Shown here piece after piece: positions 12,096-26,778 of a stretch of 64,000 nucleotides of DNA. Both the position numbers and the translations under genes were made by a program. The notes beneath the pieces are model-generated. The model was not told the DNA's origin. It did not search any database and saw nothing but the letters and a program-made list of their open reading frames with translations. The DNA lies in the NCBI RefSeq assembly GCF_009914755.1, contig NC_060925.1; one strand, given 5' to 3'. Every line of letters begins with the position of its first letter. Position 1 is the first letter of the stretch. Origin of the DNA: the human T2T-CHM13v2.0 reference genome, Homo sapiens.

Positions 12096-15081
12096 GCGTT
12101 CTGCTAAGTGAAAGAAGCCAGACCTAAGATGTGATATAGAAAATGCTTTATGATTCTATTAATATAACATTCTGGACAAGGCCAAACTCTACAGATGGAA
12201 AATGAGACAGTGGTTTTCAGAGGTAGGAGATGTGGAGAGGGGTTGCTTAGAAAAAAATCAGTAAAGATGACTTTTGGGTTGATAAAACTGTTTTATATCA
12301 TGATTATAAAAGTGGATATGTAACTATGTACTTGTCAGGACCTGTAGAGCAATATACTACAAAGAGCAAATTTTATTATATGTAAAAAATTTTAAGAACC
12401 AACCAAGATGTTGTGAGAGGACCCAAAATGGACTACAAACTTAACAAATGAACGTAACTATATTACAAATGAATAGCATGACCCTGCTAAAGAGGGTAGG
12501 GAAGAAAGGGACTAACCTGAATTACTTTGAAAATCAGTATTTTGATCGGATACTGTAAGACTAAAGACTAAAAGAACTGTACGATACTAAATTCCAGTAA
12601 GTACATTTTCTTCTCTCAGAGGAATGAGTTAGCACTCCTGAAACACTTTATGTTTGTACTATAGTTAAACAAGTAAATGAATATTTGGTAGATAATGAGA
12701 ACTAGGATTCTCACTGTCAGAGAAAGAAGTTACAAATAAGAAAAGGCAGAAAACTAGAATGAACACTGTAGTGTTGAACTGGAATCAGAGGTATCAGTAA
12801 CAACTCATGCTTTTTAAAATATAAATACAAATAGATAGAGAAATGTAGATGTATGTACATGCCTGAGTTAGTATACATATATATATTTCCAATCTTTGTG
12901 CACTGCGAGGGTCTAGAAGTAACAACACCCTTGTAGAAATGAGCACATCTATTCCTCTTGGTTTTAAACATAATTCTCCCCAAAAAAAAGGAACTAGAAG
13001 TCCTTGGAGAAGAGGTACATTCCAGGGCTGGGCAGGGAAAATACAGTGGTGAACCTTGAACATTGTATGGTGTCAGAAAGTAAGGAAATGGTCCTCAAGG
13101 AAAGAGTTATGTCAAAGGGATCCAGAAGCAATCTAAAAGAGTGCCACATGATCAAGCTGGAACAATTTGAGCAACAAAATAAATAATCTCAATATTATAT
13201 TATAACCCATAAAATATAATAAATATCAATTAGTCTACTTGATATGAATAAATAATTGAATAAATGTGAAAAGAGAGAGAACTCTTCCTGATGAAGAACT
13301 TCAATTAATAAATATAGAAGAAATGAAAATCACCATTAGTCCTACCAAGTGATGCTAAAATAATCAGAGAAGAGCTTGATAAGGAACAAGATATTTGTAT
13401 AGTCTCAGAGTATTTCTCAACATCTCAAAGACATATTAATTACAAAGGAAAAGTTAGCAACTTATGGCGGAGAAATCCATCAGAAAGTGCTCTGACCATG
13501 TGATCAAAGTTAACATAATCACTAATGAGACATATTTATTTCATATGCCCTCAGTATCAACACAGAGAAAGACAATCATTTCTGTGCCATTCCTACCAAA
13601 ACGGACTAACTTCAATCTAATCATGAGAAAACATGAGACAAACCCAAATAGAAGAAACTTTATCAAAAGACCTTGAAAAGGTCTTTTATGTCCTTGGCCC
13701 TTTTGAAGGGTATTGGGCAGAAATTTTGGAGGAAAATTCATGAAGAAAATTTTTGCTTTTCTAGAAAAGCAAAGCTTGAGGAATTGTCACAGATTGTCAA
13801 GGGACTAGATGAGATGTGACAACTGAATGCAACATAGAATTCCACATTACATCTTGAAACAGAAAAAAAAAAGACATTAGTGGGAAAACTAGTGAAATCC
13901 AAAATAAAGTTTCTGATTTAGCTAATACTATTGCACCAATATTAACTTCTTAGTTTTGATCATTGTCATTGTGGTTATGCAAAATATGAACTTTAGGGGA
14001 AGCTACATGAGAAGTGTAAGAAAATTCTATATTCATGCAACTTTTTGGTGAGCCTAAAATTATTTTTAAATTAAAAATGTAATAAATAATTAAAAGAGAA
14101 TAATGGGAAATACATCAGTCACTTGTCCATAGGAATGATGGAATTCTGATTGGACAGGTCTTTGAAAATTCCCTGCTCCGGTAGCTGAGGAAGTTCCTTA
14201 GCTGACACTAGTTCTGCTCCCTAGAAGGAATTCTTGATCATTGTCCTTCATCCCCAGTGACATTGCTAAGTTTTTGTTACGTCGTTATCCTTCAAGACCA
14301 TATCTAAAGTAGGTGGTGGGAACCATGTTCTGTTAGCAACTGTACAACTTTCATATCATACTTTCTGCTTATACAATTTTGATGTCCTGTATATTGGTAA
14401 AAGCTTAAGCAATTATTTCTTTGAAAATAGAATTCCCTCAAAAAATTCATAGATTTAAGATACCTTTGCTCATAATTAGTCCCATGTGTTAGCAACCTAA
14501 CTAAAGTTTTTTTGTGAGCATAGCTCTAATTCTTGCTTCATTTCATTATTTAACACACACTTCTTTCTTACTTTAATGGCAGCTACTTTTAGGTCTTCTG
14601 AACCAAGAGGCCTGGTTTGGAAGGCCACATCCTTGGTCTGTTCTTTGCCTACCTAGCCTGTTTCTCTCTGAGGAGCTTAATGTTTTTTGTTTGTTTTTTT
14701 ATTCTTCTTCAAGGTTACATGCAACAGCTGTCTTTTCTTTTTTGTTTAAGGCATAGGAGTTAGCTTTCCCAAACATAAGAGGGTCTAAATTTCTGGAGAC
14801 TATTTTTCTGAGTTTGTACCTGTTTTGAAACATTTTTCTAAAGCAGGAAGGAGCTAGAAAAATACAGTAATCTAGCTATATCTAGTTGGTTCTGTTTACC
14901 CAATAGTCTCCGTGAGTGCAGGGTACACATTTTGTTGCAGGCCACAGTTTACCAAATGTTTTGTTATAGCATTATAAAGGTCATAAGCATTCTAGTATAT
15001 TGAGGCCACCTACTGCCTCACCACTATGCAGATGGCGTATATATTGGCTTAGTTAGGAAAAGCCCCTCTTCCAGTATCAAC

Positions 15082-15485
15082 TGTTAAAAAGAAACACTTT
15101 AGATAAATTAAATTTAGCAGAGTTTATTTGCTGAAAGAACAATTCATGAATCAGGCTGCACCCTGAAACAGGAAAGGTTCAGAGATATCCACCCAGCAAT
15201 GTGGGCAGATAGTATGTACAAACAAAAAGAGAAAGTGGCATGCAGAACCAGCTTGATTGGCTACAGCTGGGCATTTGCCTCATACGAGCATGGTCTGATC
15301 AGTTGGCAGTCTGTGACTGACTGAAACTCAGCTACTGCGATTGGCTAGGATTCAGCTATTTGCTACAATATACTCTTAGGTTAGTTTGCAGCTTATTTAT
15401 TTACATACTAAGTTAGGTTGTAGTTTGTTACACAGGAACTCATAGTAAAGACACACCTTTGGGCCAAATTTAATTTAATTTAACA
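15082..15485 (-). mobile_element. MER93-like ERV1 solo LTR
   Basis: tgtta...taaca termini; ends 'ggccaaatttaatttaatttaaca'; 4-bp near-TSD caac/caat. Confidence 0.65.
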
Positions 15486-15509
15486 CAATGTCTGAATTAA
15501 CTAAAATAT

Positions 15510-15890
15510 AGCTAGGCAAACAATACACAAATGGCTTAAAGACAAAAGAGACTTAACCATACCTTGCCTTAAAGAATAGTTATGTTCATTTCTCTCCCAC
15601 AAAACAGACCAGATATGAGGTTTGCTCTGCTCTGCATCTTTCTTTCTTATTTCTCTACCATTCCATAGTATGTTGTTCCTGGCTACATGATGAAAGTTGG
15701 GGGAAGAGCATTGGAGAGTACATGTGCAACATGGTAAGGATATGGCCTGGAAATGGCATATGTCATTTGTGAAGATTTAGTCACGTAGTCACATATTGGT
15801 ACAATGGAGTTTGGAAATACAGCTTTTCAATGGGTGGCCACATTCCCAGCTGCTAGCCTAATTCTGTGGAAGGAGAGTATGGATTTTGGT
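15510..15890 (-). mobile_element. Old MLT1 (J-like) remnant
   Basis: 'aatggcttaaa', 'ggaaatacagctttt...gggtggccacattcccagc' resemble antisense MLT1J. Confidence 0.4.
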
Positions 15891-16449
15891 GACACTTCGT
15901 CTCCATCCACTCTCCTCTTGGATTATCTATCACCACTCTTTGCTGGTTTCCCTTTCACCTTCTTGACCATTTTTTTCCAGTCTCGCTTGCTGACTCCGAA
16001 CTCTACTTAACCTCTAAATACTTTTTAGGGATCAGCGTCAAAGGGGCCAGTTTCTGGGTCTCTCCTCTTCTCTAGCAATACTCTCCCCTGATTATCCCAA
16101 CTCATTCTGTGAAAATGCCAAATCCTAAATTCCTTTTTCTAGCTTTATTCCTTCTACTATACTCAAAATTTCTATATACAACAGCTATCTTGTAACCAAC
16201 TACTGGAGATCTCAACTTGGCAACCCAAACTAATCATGGAAAAAACTGAGCTCTATTTTACCCCTACAAAGCTGATTCTCCCCCAGTATTTTGTCCATCC
16301 TGATATGTGGTAGCATCATCCAGCCAGTTTTCAGAGCAAAAAAAATCCAGAAGGCATCCTTGGTTCATAAATCCTTCTCTCAATCCCCACATCCAATGGA
16401 TCAGCAAAGTTTTGTGTATACTACCTTTAAAACACATCTTGAACCTGTT

Positions 16450-16961
16450 CATGGTAGGCTGAACAATGACCCCCCTCCTCTGCCCCAGAAAAAAAGATTT
16501 CCACGTTCTAATCACCAGAACCTGTGAATGTTGCATGGCAAAGGGACCTTGCAGTTGTGGTTAAGAATCTTGAGATGGGGAGATTATCCTGGATTCTCTG
16601 AGTAGGACCAATGTAATCCATAAGGTTTCTCATAAGAGGGAGGCAGAAAAATCAGAGTTAGATCAGGGAGAGAGAGAGAAAAGGGTGATAAAGGTGGCCA
16701 TGGAGGGAGAGAGGAGAAAAGGCTACGTGATGCAGGGATGTGGAACGATGCAGGTCAAGGAATAAGTTTGACCTCTAGAAGCTAGAAAATGCAAAGAAAT
16801 GAATTCTCCCTTAGAGCCTCCAGAAGGAACATAAGACTGCTGAGGTTTTGATTTTATCCCAGCAAAACTTCTGACCTATAGAATTCTAAGATAATAAAGT
16901 CATAAGATATAGGTCACTAAGTTTGTGGTAATTTGTCACAGCAGCAATAGAGCACTAATAC
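16450..16961 (+). mobile_element. MLT1D LTR
   Basis: 'ggtaggctgaacaatg...agaacctgtgaatg...gagatggggagattatcctggatt...cactaagtttgtggtaatttg...gcagcaatag...ctaatac'. Confidence 0.85.
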
Positions 16962-17009
16962 TCTATCCATGTTTCTCTATCTCCACTGCTGCTACCATAA
17001 TTGAGGGCC

Positions 17010-17222
17010 AGCTGAGAGCACAAACTGTCTGAATTTGAATTCCTGTTCTGCTACTTACCTGCTCTGGGCAAGCCATTCAAGCTTCCTGTGCCTCAGTTAC
17101 CTCATCTGTCAAATGAAATCATGGTAGAGTTGTTATGAGGACTCAGTGCGTTGCCATATTTAAAGTCCTTGGAATAGCACTTGACATACTGTAAGTATGT
17201 TTAAGTGTTTGCTATTATTATT
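17010..17222 (+). mobile_element. MIR
   Basis: 'tgtgcctcagttacctcatctgtcaaatg' core, tail 'gctattattatt'. Confidence 0.75.
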
Positions 17223-18139
17223 GTTATAATTTATACCCTGTATCATTTCAATACTCATCTGGTCTCCCTGCTTCCTCTCTTGCCCATATAATCTCTTATT
17301 CACAGAATATTGTTCACAGTAAGAATTATATATTTAAAACATAAAATCAAGTAATCTCTTGGATTATAATCCTCCAAGGGCTTCCCACTGTAATTAAATC
17401 ATATCAAAAATTCTAACCAGAGCCTACAAGGCCTGGTATGATCTAGTCCATGACTTACCACCCAACCTCATGTCAGTCTACTGTCTCTGTTGCTGACTCG
17501 CTTTTCCCAACTACTGTTCGTTTGGTTCTCCAAACTCACCAAACTTGTTTCTGCCTCAGGGCCTTTAAGTGGGCTGTTCCCCTGCCTGGAATGCCATTTT
17601 CCCATGTCTTTGCTTGACTGACTCCTTTTAGAAATTCATTCAAAGTCTTCTGCTCAGAAAGGCTTTCCCTCCCAGTTCAAATGAAAATAGCTGCCTCTAC
17701 TATTTACTTACTTATTTCGTGTATCTTCCATGAAAAGAGCCTGCTGCTGTATACCTAGTGCTCAGACTATAACTTGCATATTATAGATAATCAATAAATA
17801 GTTGTGAAATGAGTGTTGTTGACATGTGTGAAGAGGCCATTTGTTGAGGCGTCATACTGGTGAATCCCATATATGTTCTGAATCAGATGAGCACAGTTTT
17901 AAATCTTTCCTCTCAGCAGAAAGGTTCTGCCTAAAGACAAAGTAATTCACCCAGTGATGGTTGTGTAAGTCTGTTTTCTCGCATTTTTCTGATTATTTTT
18001 CTTAACAAGTATCACTAGGGACACTTTCCAGAAAACCACTGAAAAGGGACTTTAGCAGTGTATGAGACCTATATTTAATCTCCAAAACCCATCCTTTCTA
18101 AATCTTTTTTTGTTTTGGGGGACAGGAATTGTGTGTTTA

Positions 18140-18402
18140 TTAGACCGGGTTTTGTTCTATCACCCAGGCTGGAGTACAGTGACCCAATCACAGCTCACTG
18201 CAGCCTCAAACTCCCAGGCTCAAGCAACCCTCCCACCTCAGCCTCCCGAGTGAGTAGCAGACATGCGCCACCACACTCAGCTAATTTTGTAATTTTTTGT
18301 AGGGACAGGGTCTCCCTATATGCCCAGGCTGACCTTGAACTCCTAGGCTCAAGAGATCCTCCCACCTCAACCTCCCAAAGTGCTGGGATTATAGACATGA
18401 GC
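18140..18402 (-). mobile_element. AluJ
   Basis: 'cagctcactgcagcctcaaactcccaggctcaagc' AluJ diagnostics; 5' end clipped at a 20-bp tandem duplication. Confidence 0.88.
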
Positions 18403-19445
18403 AAAGAATTTTAGGCATGAGCAAATAATTTTAAGTTGTTTTGGTTAAAAATGAAAAACTGTGTGTATGATACCTACATGAAGTGAGTCCTGCCTTTAGA
18501 GTACAGCATTTCAGAGACCCACTGTTGAAACACCTGGGAACTTGCTTTCTCAGAAGATGCAAAGAAAACTGAGATCCAACAGCAGAAGGAAGGCAGGCCT
18601 CACACAGTCCATAGAATAGCTCCTAGGAAGTCCCCACATAGTGTTGGGCTCATGTGTGTGGCCACCAGTTTGCAGAACTCTGCACCCTGTTCTTCTATGT
18701 TTATTTTTTCTCTCTTCTCAGCATGAGGCTGTGCACAAATAGTAAAGAAAGTTTTTCTCAGTCTTCATCTATCTAAAGTCTTTCCAGCACCTTCCCTTAA
18801 AATATGAGATACTGCAAGGGCCTAAGTTGCATTTTCATAGGGATGGGGTTCTCTGGGTCTTTCAACATAGATCTCATTGGTTAATTTAGAGTGTAAGCTA
18901 AAAAAATAAATAAATAAAAGAGCTGATAACCACTCTGTGGTCGTTTTAAAAATGTGAAAAGATGTAACACAGGGTTTAGGGTTAACAGGAGAAAACAGAT
19001 GACTGGATGGTGATTCACTCTTTTTCTCCCTAAAGACACCAACATGTAACCCTGGGGTGGCCTTGTCGACATTGCAAGTGCATACCTGGCATATCATCTG
19101 ACAGCCTGAGAGTGCCTGCTATTACTCAGAAGAAAAGATGGTGTATCTGATAGTCTGAAAAGAACAAAGACTGCAGTTACTTCATCACTCTTGCCGGAAG
19201 GTCTGGAATTAATTGTGTTTCTTTATACCCCATCTAATTTTACAAAATCATACTTCTCCCTGGCAGTTTATTAATTTACCACCTCATCTAAGATAAGACT
19301 TTGCCAACAGTAATAACATTTAGAAAATGCTGTCATGCCTGCTGAACATAGTCTCCCATTCCTCCAACCTCACCCCCAGCCCATAGACACACATCTACAC
19401 AGCTCACTCAGAACTTAAAGCAGGTAGACCCAGCCTTGAGGGTCA

Positions 19446-19486
19446 AAAAACAAACAAACAAACAACAACAACAACAACAACAAAAC
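19446..19486. repeat. (AAAC)n(AAC)n microsatellite
   Basis: Read directly. Confidence 0.9.
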
Positions 19487-21459
19487 AGAATGATCTGGTG
19501 CCTCAGAAGTTTATCTTCACAATAAGAGTAACTAACTCTATTCAGGCACCTCTTTGAGTATCTGCTCCAGCGTCTGTCCAATGGGTAAAGAGAGTAGAAA
19601 GAAATAATTGGTCTGCACTTCAGAAAGGCATTTTAGTGTATTTATATTTCCCTTGTATACATTTGTTGTGTGCTTATTGTATAAAGAGCACTGTATGGAT
19701 TACCTCCCCTCAAATTTGATGGGCAGGGAGCAAAGCAGGGAAACTGCAAATTTTGAAATGAGCATGGAAATATCTAGCCTGAAGATTCTAAATGGAACAT
19801 TCGGTGTTACGGTGTTTGGGGAATAGCAAATGACTGGGGGTTTGGATATTCAATTCAGTTGCATAGTCAATTTCACCAAATTCTACTCTTAAGTAAGCAG
19901 GCTTGGTACACAAATATCTTCCAAATTTAATCATGGGAATATGGCATATACATGGGGACTTAGAGAAGGGGTGACAGGGCAAAGGTAACCAAATCTTAAT
20001 AAGTGTTTCCCACTAGTCTAGTTTCTCTAGGCCATCAAGCAATACATCCCTGATCTTTAAGCATGATACGGTGTGTATGTGTGAATTGTGTGTGAGTGTG
20101 TGTGCTTGTGTGAGTGTGGGTGGAGTACAAACTAAAGCAAAAGAGCGTATGTTTCCCTTCTGGCTCAGATTGCATTCGTAGATATAATTATTTGTTTAAC
20201 ATAGCCACACAATATTATATTACATCCTATGATTTATTAGCAAAAGCACGCTCTTTAAACTTCATTTTCCCAAGCAATGATAATTTCTTGACATGTTTCA
20301 TTACTGGGAAATGACATAGACATTTGTTATATTCTCAGACAATAAAATATTACCCTGCTCACATACCTTCATGGAATATTAAACAAAATGAATGCCGTTC
20401 CCTTTCTGTGTTTATCATATCATATTAAAAGTGAAGACTAGCCCTTATGTTTTCTTTCGTGATAGATGAGACATTGGAAAGAATGAGTTTAGTTTACCCT
20501 TCTTTCCAACTGGCTTTACTTAGCTATTTGCAAAGCCTCCAATAATGCTGTTAGAGTATCATTTCAATCATCCAGCTTTTCAAAGGCCATTCCCAATGTA
20601 CCTTTCTTTCAAATCATCATGAAGAATAAAAATCCAAAATTTCCCCTATAAATGCGTTTCTTATCTTAACCCCAGATTCAGTTAGTTTCAGGCAATGATG
20701 GAAATAGCAAAGATTGGGGAGTGATCCAACGTAAGGATTACACAATTCTTCATAGAAACTGGTTGTAGACCAACTTTATGAATATGTTGTAAACATTTAT
20801 CAGCCCACATACTGGATCTTTCCATATGCATATAAAGACCATATGAAATATACATTCTTTACCACTAACATATCAAAAAGTGTTATCTAGTGTGAGTGAG
20901 AGATTACGTACTCACAGGGTGGTACATGCACACCCATAACCACACAGATACACACATTTATTATAGAAAGAGTTTTAAAATACTATGGACTTTCTGTATA
21001 AAGCAGTTCATCATGGAGAATAATAAATTTTCTTGAGTTTCATCAAATGTATTGTATATTAAGTGGGATTTTTCAAGGCTATGCTTAGAGTTGAGTTGAA
21101 GTCCTAGACATGTCTAAGTTTTCCTAGCTCTCATGGATAGAATCAGCATTAAACTGAGGGGAACTTTGGCAAACACCAAACATTTTAGATAAGGAAAATC
21201 TGTGCACTTTTTGACATGACTATGGAAAAATAGCCTAAACATCTAAGACAACCTCAAGCTTAAGTTCAGATGGTCTAAGTTCTACACTTAACCTTTACTA
21301 CTACCTTGTTTGAATTCAGGCCAATAAATTAATTATTCTATACATTAATTTTTCCAGGAGTTCTCAGGAGAGAATAAATTTGCAGTATCTAATTTTAAAG
21401 GGGTTGGGAGAACAAAATAAAACTGTGTAATCAGTGCAGCTCTCTGCTGAAGGTGAGAA

Positions 21460-23191
21460 CCTACACAGTTGACAGGGTTTGCTCAACAGAAGGGCCATAG
21501 CTTAGTGCTTAGTTGTCACTGACTTGAAATTCATAATAATTTTACCTTTGAACTTGTGCTTGGTCGGTGAAGTCTGATGAGACAACGAAGCATGAGCAGA
21601 GCAGATGTGATAGGTGTGAACACGCTGTGTGCAGGCTTGGGTCTTCTGGAATCCTGAGCAATGGGCAGAAACATCAACAGTGGCAGCAGCTGCCATGGCT
21701 CAGGGAGAGATTATGTGCTCTGCATGGGGGCAGCACCAACATCACAGCTCGCCCTTCTACCTCCAAAGCCTGTCCTTATAGCATCTGTACCAAAATTAAC
21801 TCTCTGGTCTGAATACTGGGACAGGAACTGCCTGTACTCAGGCCATAAAGTTTGTCAATAAATTATTACAAAATAAACTGTGCTCATGGACATTGCACTA
21901 AAGCATGTCAGATAGTTACTAAAATTCTGCAAAGACTAGACTCTCTGGTTTTGAAAACTTCTGCAACATTAAAAAGCAAATATCCACAGACTTAGAAACA
22001 GTTTAAAGATCATCACATTCAAAAGAACAGTATCCTTATATGAAGCTTTGGATGAACCAATTATTAACAAGGAAGACAATTCTAAGACTAATTTTTCTGC
22101 CAAGGGATATATTGTGATAGAATGCATAAACAGTTGTTCTGAATTGTATACAAATTATGAAGCCATCTTTGGTTTCTTGTATGACTGCCACAAATTGTAG
22201 GAAACATTAGAGAAGAAATGTTAGAGAAAACAATAAAATAAAATGCTGTTGTATATATTCACATGTAAAATTAAATTCAGACTTACAATAAACCAATTTG
22301 AATACAGTTAAATCTTTTTAGAAAAGTTTTTTTGCAAGAATCATTAGCTCTTGGCCAGGCACAGTGGGTTACACCTGTAATCCCAGCACTTTGGGAGGCC
22401 AAGGCAGGCAGATCACCTGAGGTCAAGGGTTCAAGACCAGCCTGGCCAGCATGGTGAAATCCCGTCTCTACTAAAAATACAAAATTAGCTAGGTGTGGTG
22501 GTGGATGTCTGCAATGCCAACTACTTCGCAGGCTGAGACAGAAGAATCGCTTGAACCTGAGAGGCAGAGGTTGCAGTGAGCCGAGGTTGTGCCACTGCTC
22601 TCCAGCCTGGCAGCAAGGTGAGACTCCATCTCAAAAAAAAAAAAAAAGAAGAATCATTAGTTCTTGATGTGCTAAAATGTGTATTTCAAAATAATGTGTC
22701 AGAAATTTATGTCAATGTCCTCACAGCCTATAAAATACTACTAGCAGTTTTAGTAAACAGTTGCATCAACAGAAAGGTCCTTTTCAAAATTGAATATTAT
22801 CAAGAATTATTTGCAACTTTGCATTTGCCAAGAGGACTGACATTGCTTTCAATTATATTAATTGAAAATTAAATTGGTAAAAGTGTAACTTTTGATGACC
22901 TAATAAATGAATTTGCAGAAAATTAGGTCAGAAAATTGCATAATTCGTTGATATAATATTACTAAATTATTATTTAATTAAAATTATACCAATATATTAT
23001 TGTGATTTGTAAGTTTGTATTGTTACTCGTGTATTATTATTATTCCTGTTATGTTTTACAAATAACAAAATGTTTTTAAAGAAAAAACGTTCTCTTTTAG
23101 CACCTTTATAACATTTTTTCCCTAATTTTTTCACAAGGAGCCCTACATTCTTATTTTGCACGGGACCCTGCAAATTATGTAGCCGGCCCTG
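21460..23191 (+). mobile_element. MER45-family (MER45R/B-like) hAT-Tip100 DNA transposon retaining transposase C-terminal remnant
   Basis: 5' 'cttgaaattcataataatttt...gtgaagtctgatgagacaa'; 3' end 'gcaaattatgtagccggccctg'; translation with frameshifts gives VLTAYKILL..TVASTERSFSKLNIIKNYL..LSIILIEN. Confidence 0.8.
22353..22648 (+). mobile_element. AluS (Sx-like) nested in MER45
   Basis: Full dimer; TSD aagaatcattag(c/t)tctt at 22336-22352 and 22649-22665. Confidence 0.95.
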
Positions 23192-24049
23192 GATGGAATA
23201 CAGTTTAGATTTTTGCCAGAAATTTGCTGAGTTCTATTTAACCAAAGCGAGGCTCATTTTTCTTTAAACATTTGAAGTATATTAATTTTATGTCCTTTAT
23301 CTAATAATTCTGCCTTGTGGACAATTGTTTGTGTGTTAGATAAAATTTGATTAGTGTGTTAGTGTTCATTCAGCCCGTGTATCTCTGTGACAAGCCTGTG
23401 CATCAGGGTTGAAATCTTCCCCTGCTGTGGAAATTCACATCGCCTCAGCGAGGCACCTCAGGATGCTAATAGGCCACCTGAGGTTGGGGTTTTTAAAACC
23501 AGGGAGGTCATACAAAACTGGCTCTAAACCTCTGCAAGGGAATATCTATATTATAAATTCTCAGAGATGTTTTTCTACCAGAGCCCAGGCAGAAAAAGAT
23601 GGTTTCCTTATCATCTTTTTGTGAGAATTTTTTTTCCTAGTTCACACTTTCACAAAAGCAAAACACTCATTAAACAGCCCAACTCCCCTCCTTGTCCTGA
23701 CCCAAAGCCTTACACTGGATTCCAGGCCCACCTGAACTAAATGTCCAAAACCAGCATTAGGTTAAGAAATCTTCAGCAAACCCAGGCAGCAGTAGTGGCC
23801 TCTGTGTCCCTTCACCACATGGTTTTCATTTTCCATTTTAATGTAGTACCTGGTAATTGCAAACTACTCTGCGCATTGGAGATAATGTTGATGATATTTT
23901 ACATGCCATTTTTAAGTGTTTTATAGAACATCCTCCAATCTGGCACATTGCCAGGAAAGGAAGGTGGGCCTTATTTTCTATCATGCAAAATGAAGATAAT
24001 TGAATTCGATGAGCTCTAAATTACAGTTCACTCCTTCAATCTTCCACTC

Positions 24050-24400
24050 AATGTTGGAAGACTGTGTGCTGGACAAACAGTGCAAGGTGCTAAGGATACA
24101 GCAATGGATAAGACATAGCTTCTGCCCCCAAAGAGTTCACAGCTTGGGAATATAGATTTGGAAATATAATTTAAGTAAAATGCGAGAACGCAATCATAGG
24201 GTCATGCACAGGATAGCACACAGGTGTGGGATAGTGACGGCTTTTAGCAAAAATTCAATGTAACGTGTTTGAGAGGATAAGTTAACCTGGTGTTTGGGGG
24301 CAGGAGATAGGAGAGTGCTGATGCTGGAGTGGAGAAGGTGATTCCAGACAAAAGGGAAAGCTTGACAAAATAACAGAGGTGAAAAACCACATGGTGGAAA
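24050..24400 (-). mobile_element. L2 remnant
   Basis: 'gtgctaaggatacagcaatggataagacatagcttctgcccccaaagagttcacag'. Confidence 0.6.
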
Positions 24401-25727
24401 TAAGAGCTGACTGATCCAATGAAACTGCCTTGTTCTAACCATCTTTTACAAAAGAACCTCAATAGATCTATGAAGATAGAAACGAAAAGACTGTTAGGTT
24501 CTCCTGATTCAAATACTTCTTAACATAACCTAAAAAGATTTTACTTTTAAGTTACATTTTATTTCTTTAACTTTATTACTTTTTTGAAATTTTATATACA
24601 CTAAAACATCCTGAAATAGCATGAGCTTTTAACAGCCCAAGCATGAAAGTGTACAGCAAATTACATATTGCTTGCAGACTTAAGAACAATGTAATTCTGA
24701 TGGAAATTAATCAAACCTCTTCTCTAGAGTGTTGGTGAGCCCCTTAGCCAAATTGTCAAGGGAAATATTTCCCCCCATTTCCTTTTCTGTTGTCTCAATA
24801 CTTTCTCTAATCCAGATTGCTTATACCTACAATTCTCCCTGAACCAAGCTGCTCTGATTCTATCCCTCTTAAAGTGGTCAGTCCTCAATCTCTCTGCAAC
24901 TGTTCAAGGTTTCCATCTTACATGGGACTTTGGCTTCAACTGCCCCAACATTCGCAACAGAACATTTACTGCCTCTGTAACTAGTAAGCCTGTTCCTGAT
25001 TTTTATTGCATAATTCCATACAATGTTGAACCTATAACTCAAGTCCCTCTCCAATTCAGATGAACTCTATCCTGTGGCTTTAAGTAGGAAACTCTCCTTA
25101 TATTCAGATGGGGTTCTCTGTAGCATTAGATGAGTAGAAAACATCCCCTGAGCTAAGTTCTTGCCGTGACACAGATAACCTTTCTTTATGGCCTCCTCAC
25201 CTCCCTTCACCCTATAGATGTTTCATTGAAGAAAAAATTGCTTCTCCTTTTGATTAATCTTAGCCGAATGGGCTTGAAATTCTGTTGGCCTTTTGGGGCT
25301 CACTGATATTGGGTCACAAGTTCACTTTGAATGGTTATCAGTGGCATATAAATGCAAAACACTATTATTATATGTAAATTACTATCTACTTTCTGTAAAT
25401 CTTTCTCCCTTTTCAAAAAAAGTATTTATATTAAGGTTGAATATTCAAATGTTTTCTGCAGATTTCTGTGAATAGCTTTAAAATACTCAAGTTAGAACTC
25501 ACTTCAACTCAACTGAGATTTTATCAACTTTTCATTTTCTAGCAATATGAATGCCAAATTACTTTGTGCTTAAAGATTACATGAACTGATGTACTGTTAG
25601 AATGCGAGATTTTCAACTATGAAGATTTGTCTTAATTTGTTTAAAAGGCAATGTTATAATGTTTGTAATTTGTGTTAAAATATACCATCATAGATCTTAT
25701 AGTACTATAAATATGCTATTTAATTTA

Positions 25728-25981
<254 letters not shown>

Positions 25982-26778
25982 AATTTAAGCTTGAGCTCTA
26001 AAGATAGTCACTTCCTCTGACTGAGAATCTGCACTCCAGGGAAACCAACTATAATTTTATTAGAAAGGCCACACTAGAAATGCAAGCACTTCTATTATTC
26101 ATATCTAGATCAATCCCTGAAACTTTGATAATTAACATAATAGGCTAGATTCTCCAGTCAGTATTTAGAATGATAAATGTTACAATTGGGACTTTATTAG
26201 TGAAATTTAAATATATTCAAGATATACAGATTGAAAAAATATTTTATAAAATTAAAGATATTTAAGATACGTAGATTGAAAACTGGATGAAATACTTTGG
26301 ATTCACTCCTCACTCTGGTGAACAGCCTATAAAAATCTGGCCAGGTCCAAATTAGCCCTTAGGTTTTGTTTGGTGGTGGGGATAAATTTTTTAAAATCAG
26401 TAAAATTATGACTCTTTATAATATAAAAACAACATGTATCAAAGATTTTATTTGCCTCACTAACTAATGAGGAAACCAGAAAAGAAGTAACAGTTTATTC
26501 AGAGAAGACCTCTAAGACCAGACAAACATATAAGCCCATGAGTAATGCTGAAACGAATTTTTTAAATAGGTACAAAACTGGTTTCTTCCACTGTAGGGAG
26601 GGGAAGTCCATTGAACCTCCACTAGATAGAATTTATTTGCATGTGTATAGATAAAAATTATTTGCCCTACTGTCAGTTTTCTACATGTTAACTTATATCT
26701 ACAGAATTGTAAAACAGCTCAGACAGTGAAAGGGAGACACTACATAGAATCAAATAATCGCAAAGGTATTCTCTAAAC

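Larger units (their letters stand above)
15895..17815 (+). mobile_element. L2 (long, interrupted by MLT1D and MIR)
   Basis: Pyrimidine-rich L2 body ('ctgcctcagggccttt...gctgttccc ctgcctggaatgc'), ends 'caataaatagttgtgaaatgagtg'. Confidence 0.7.
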
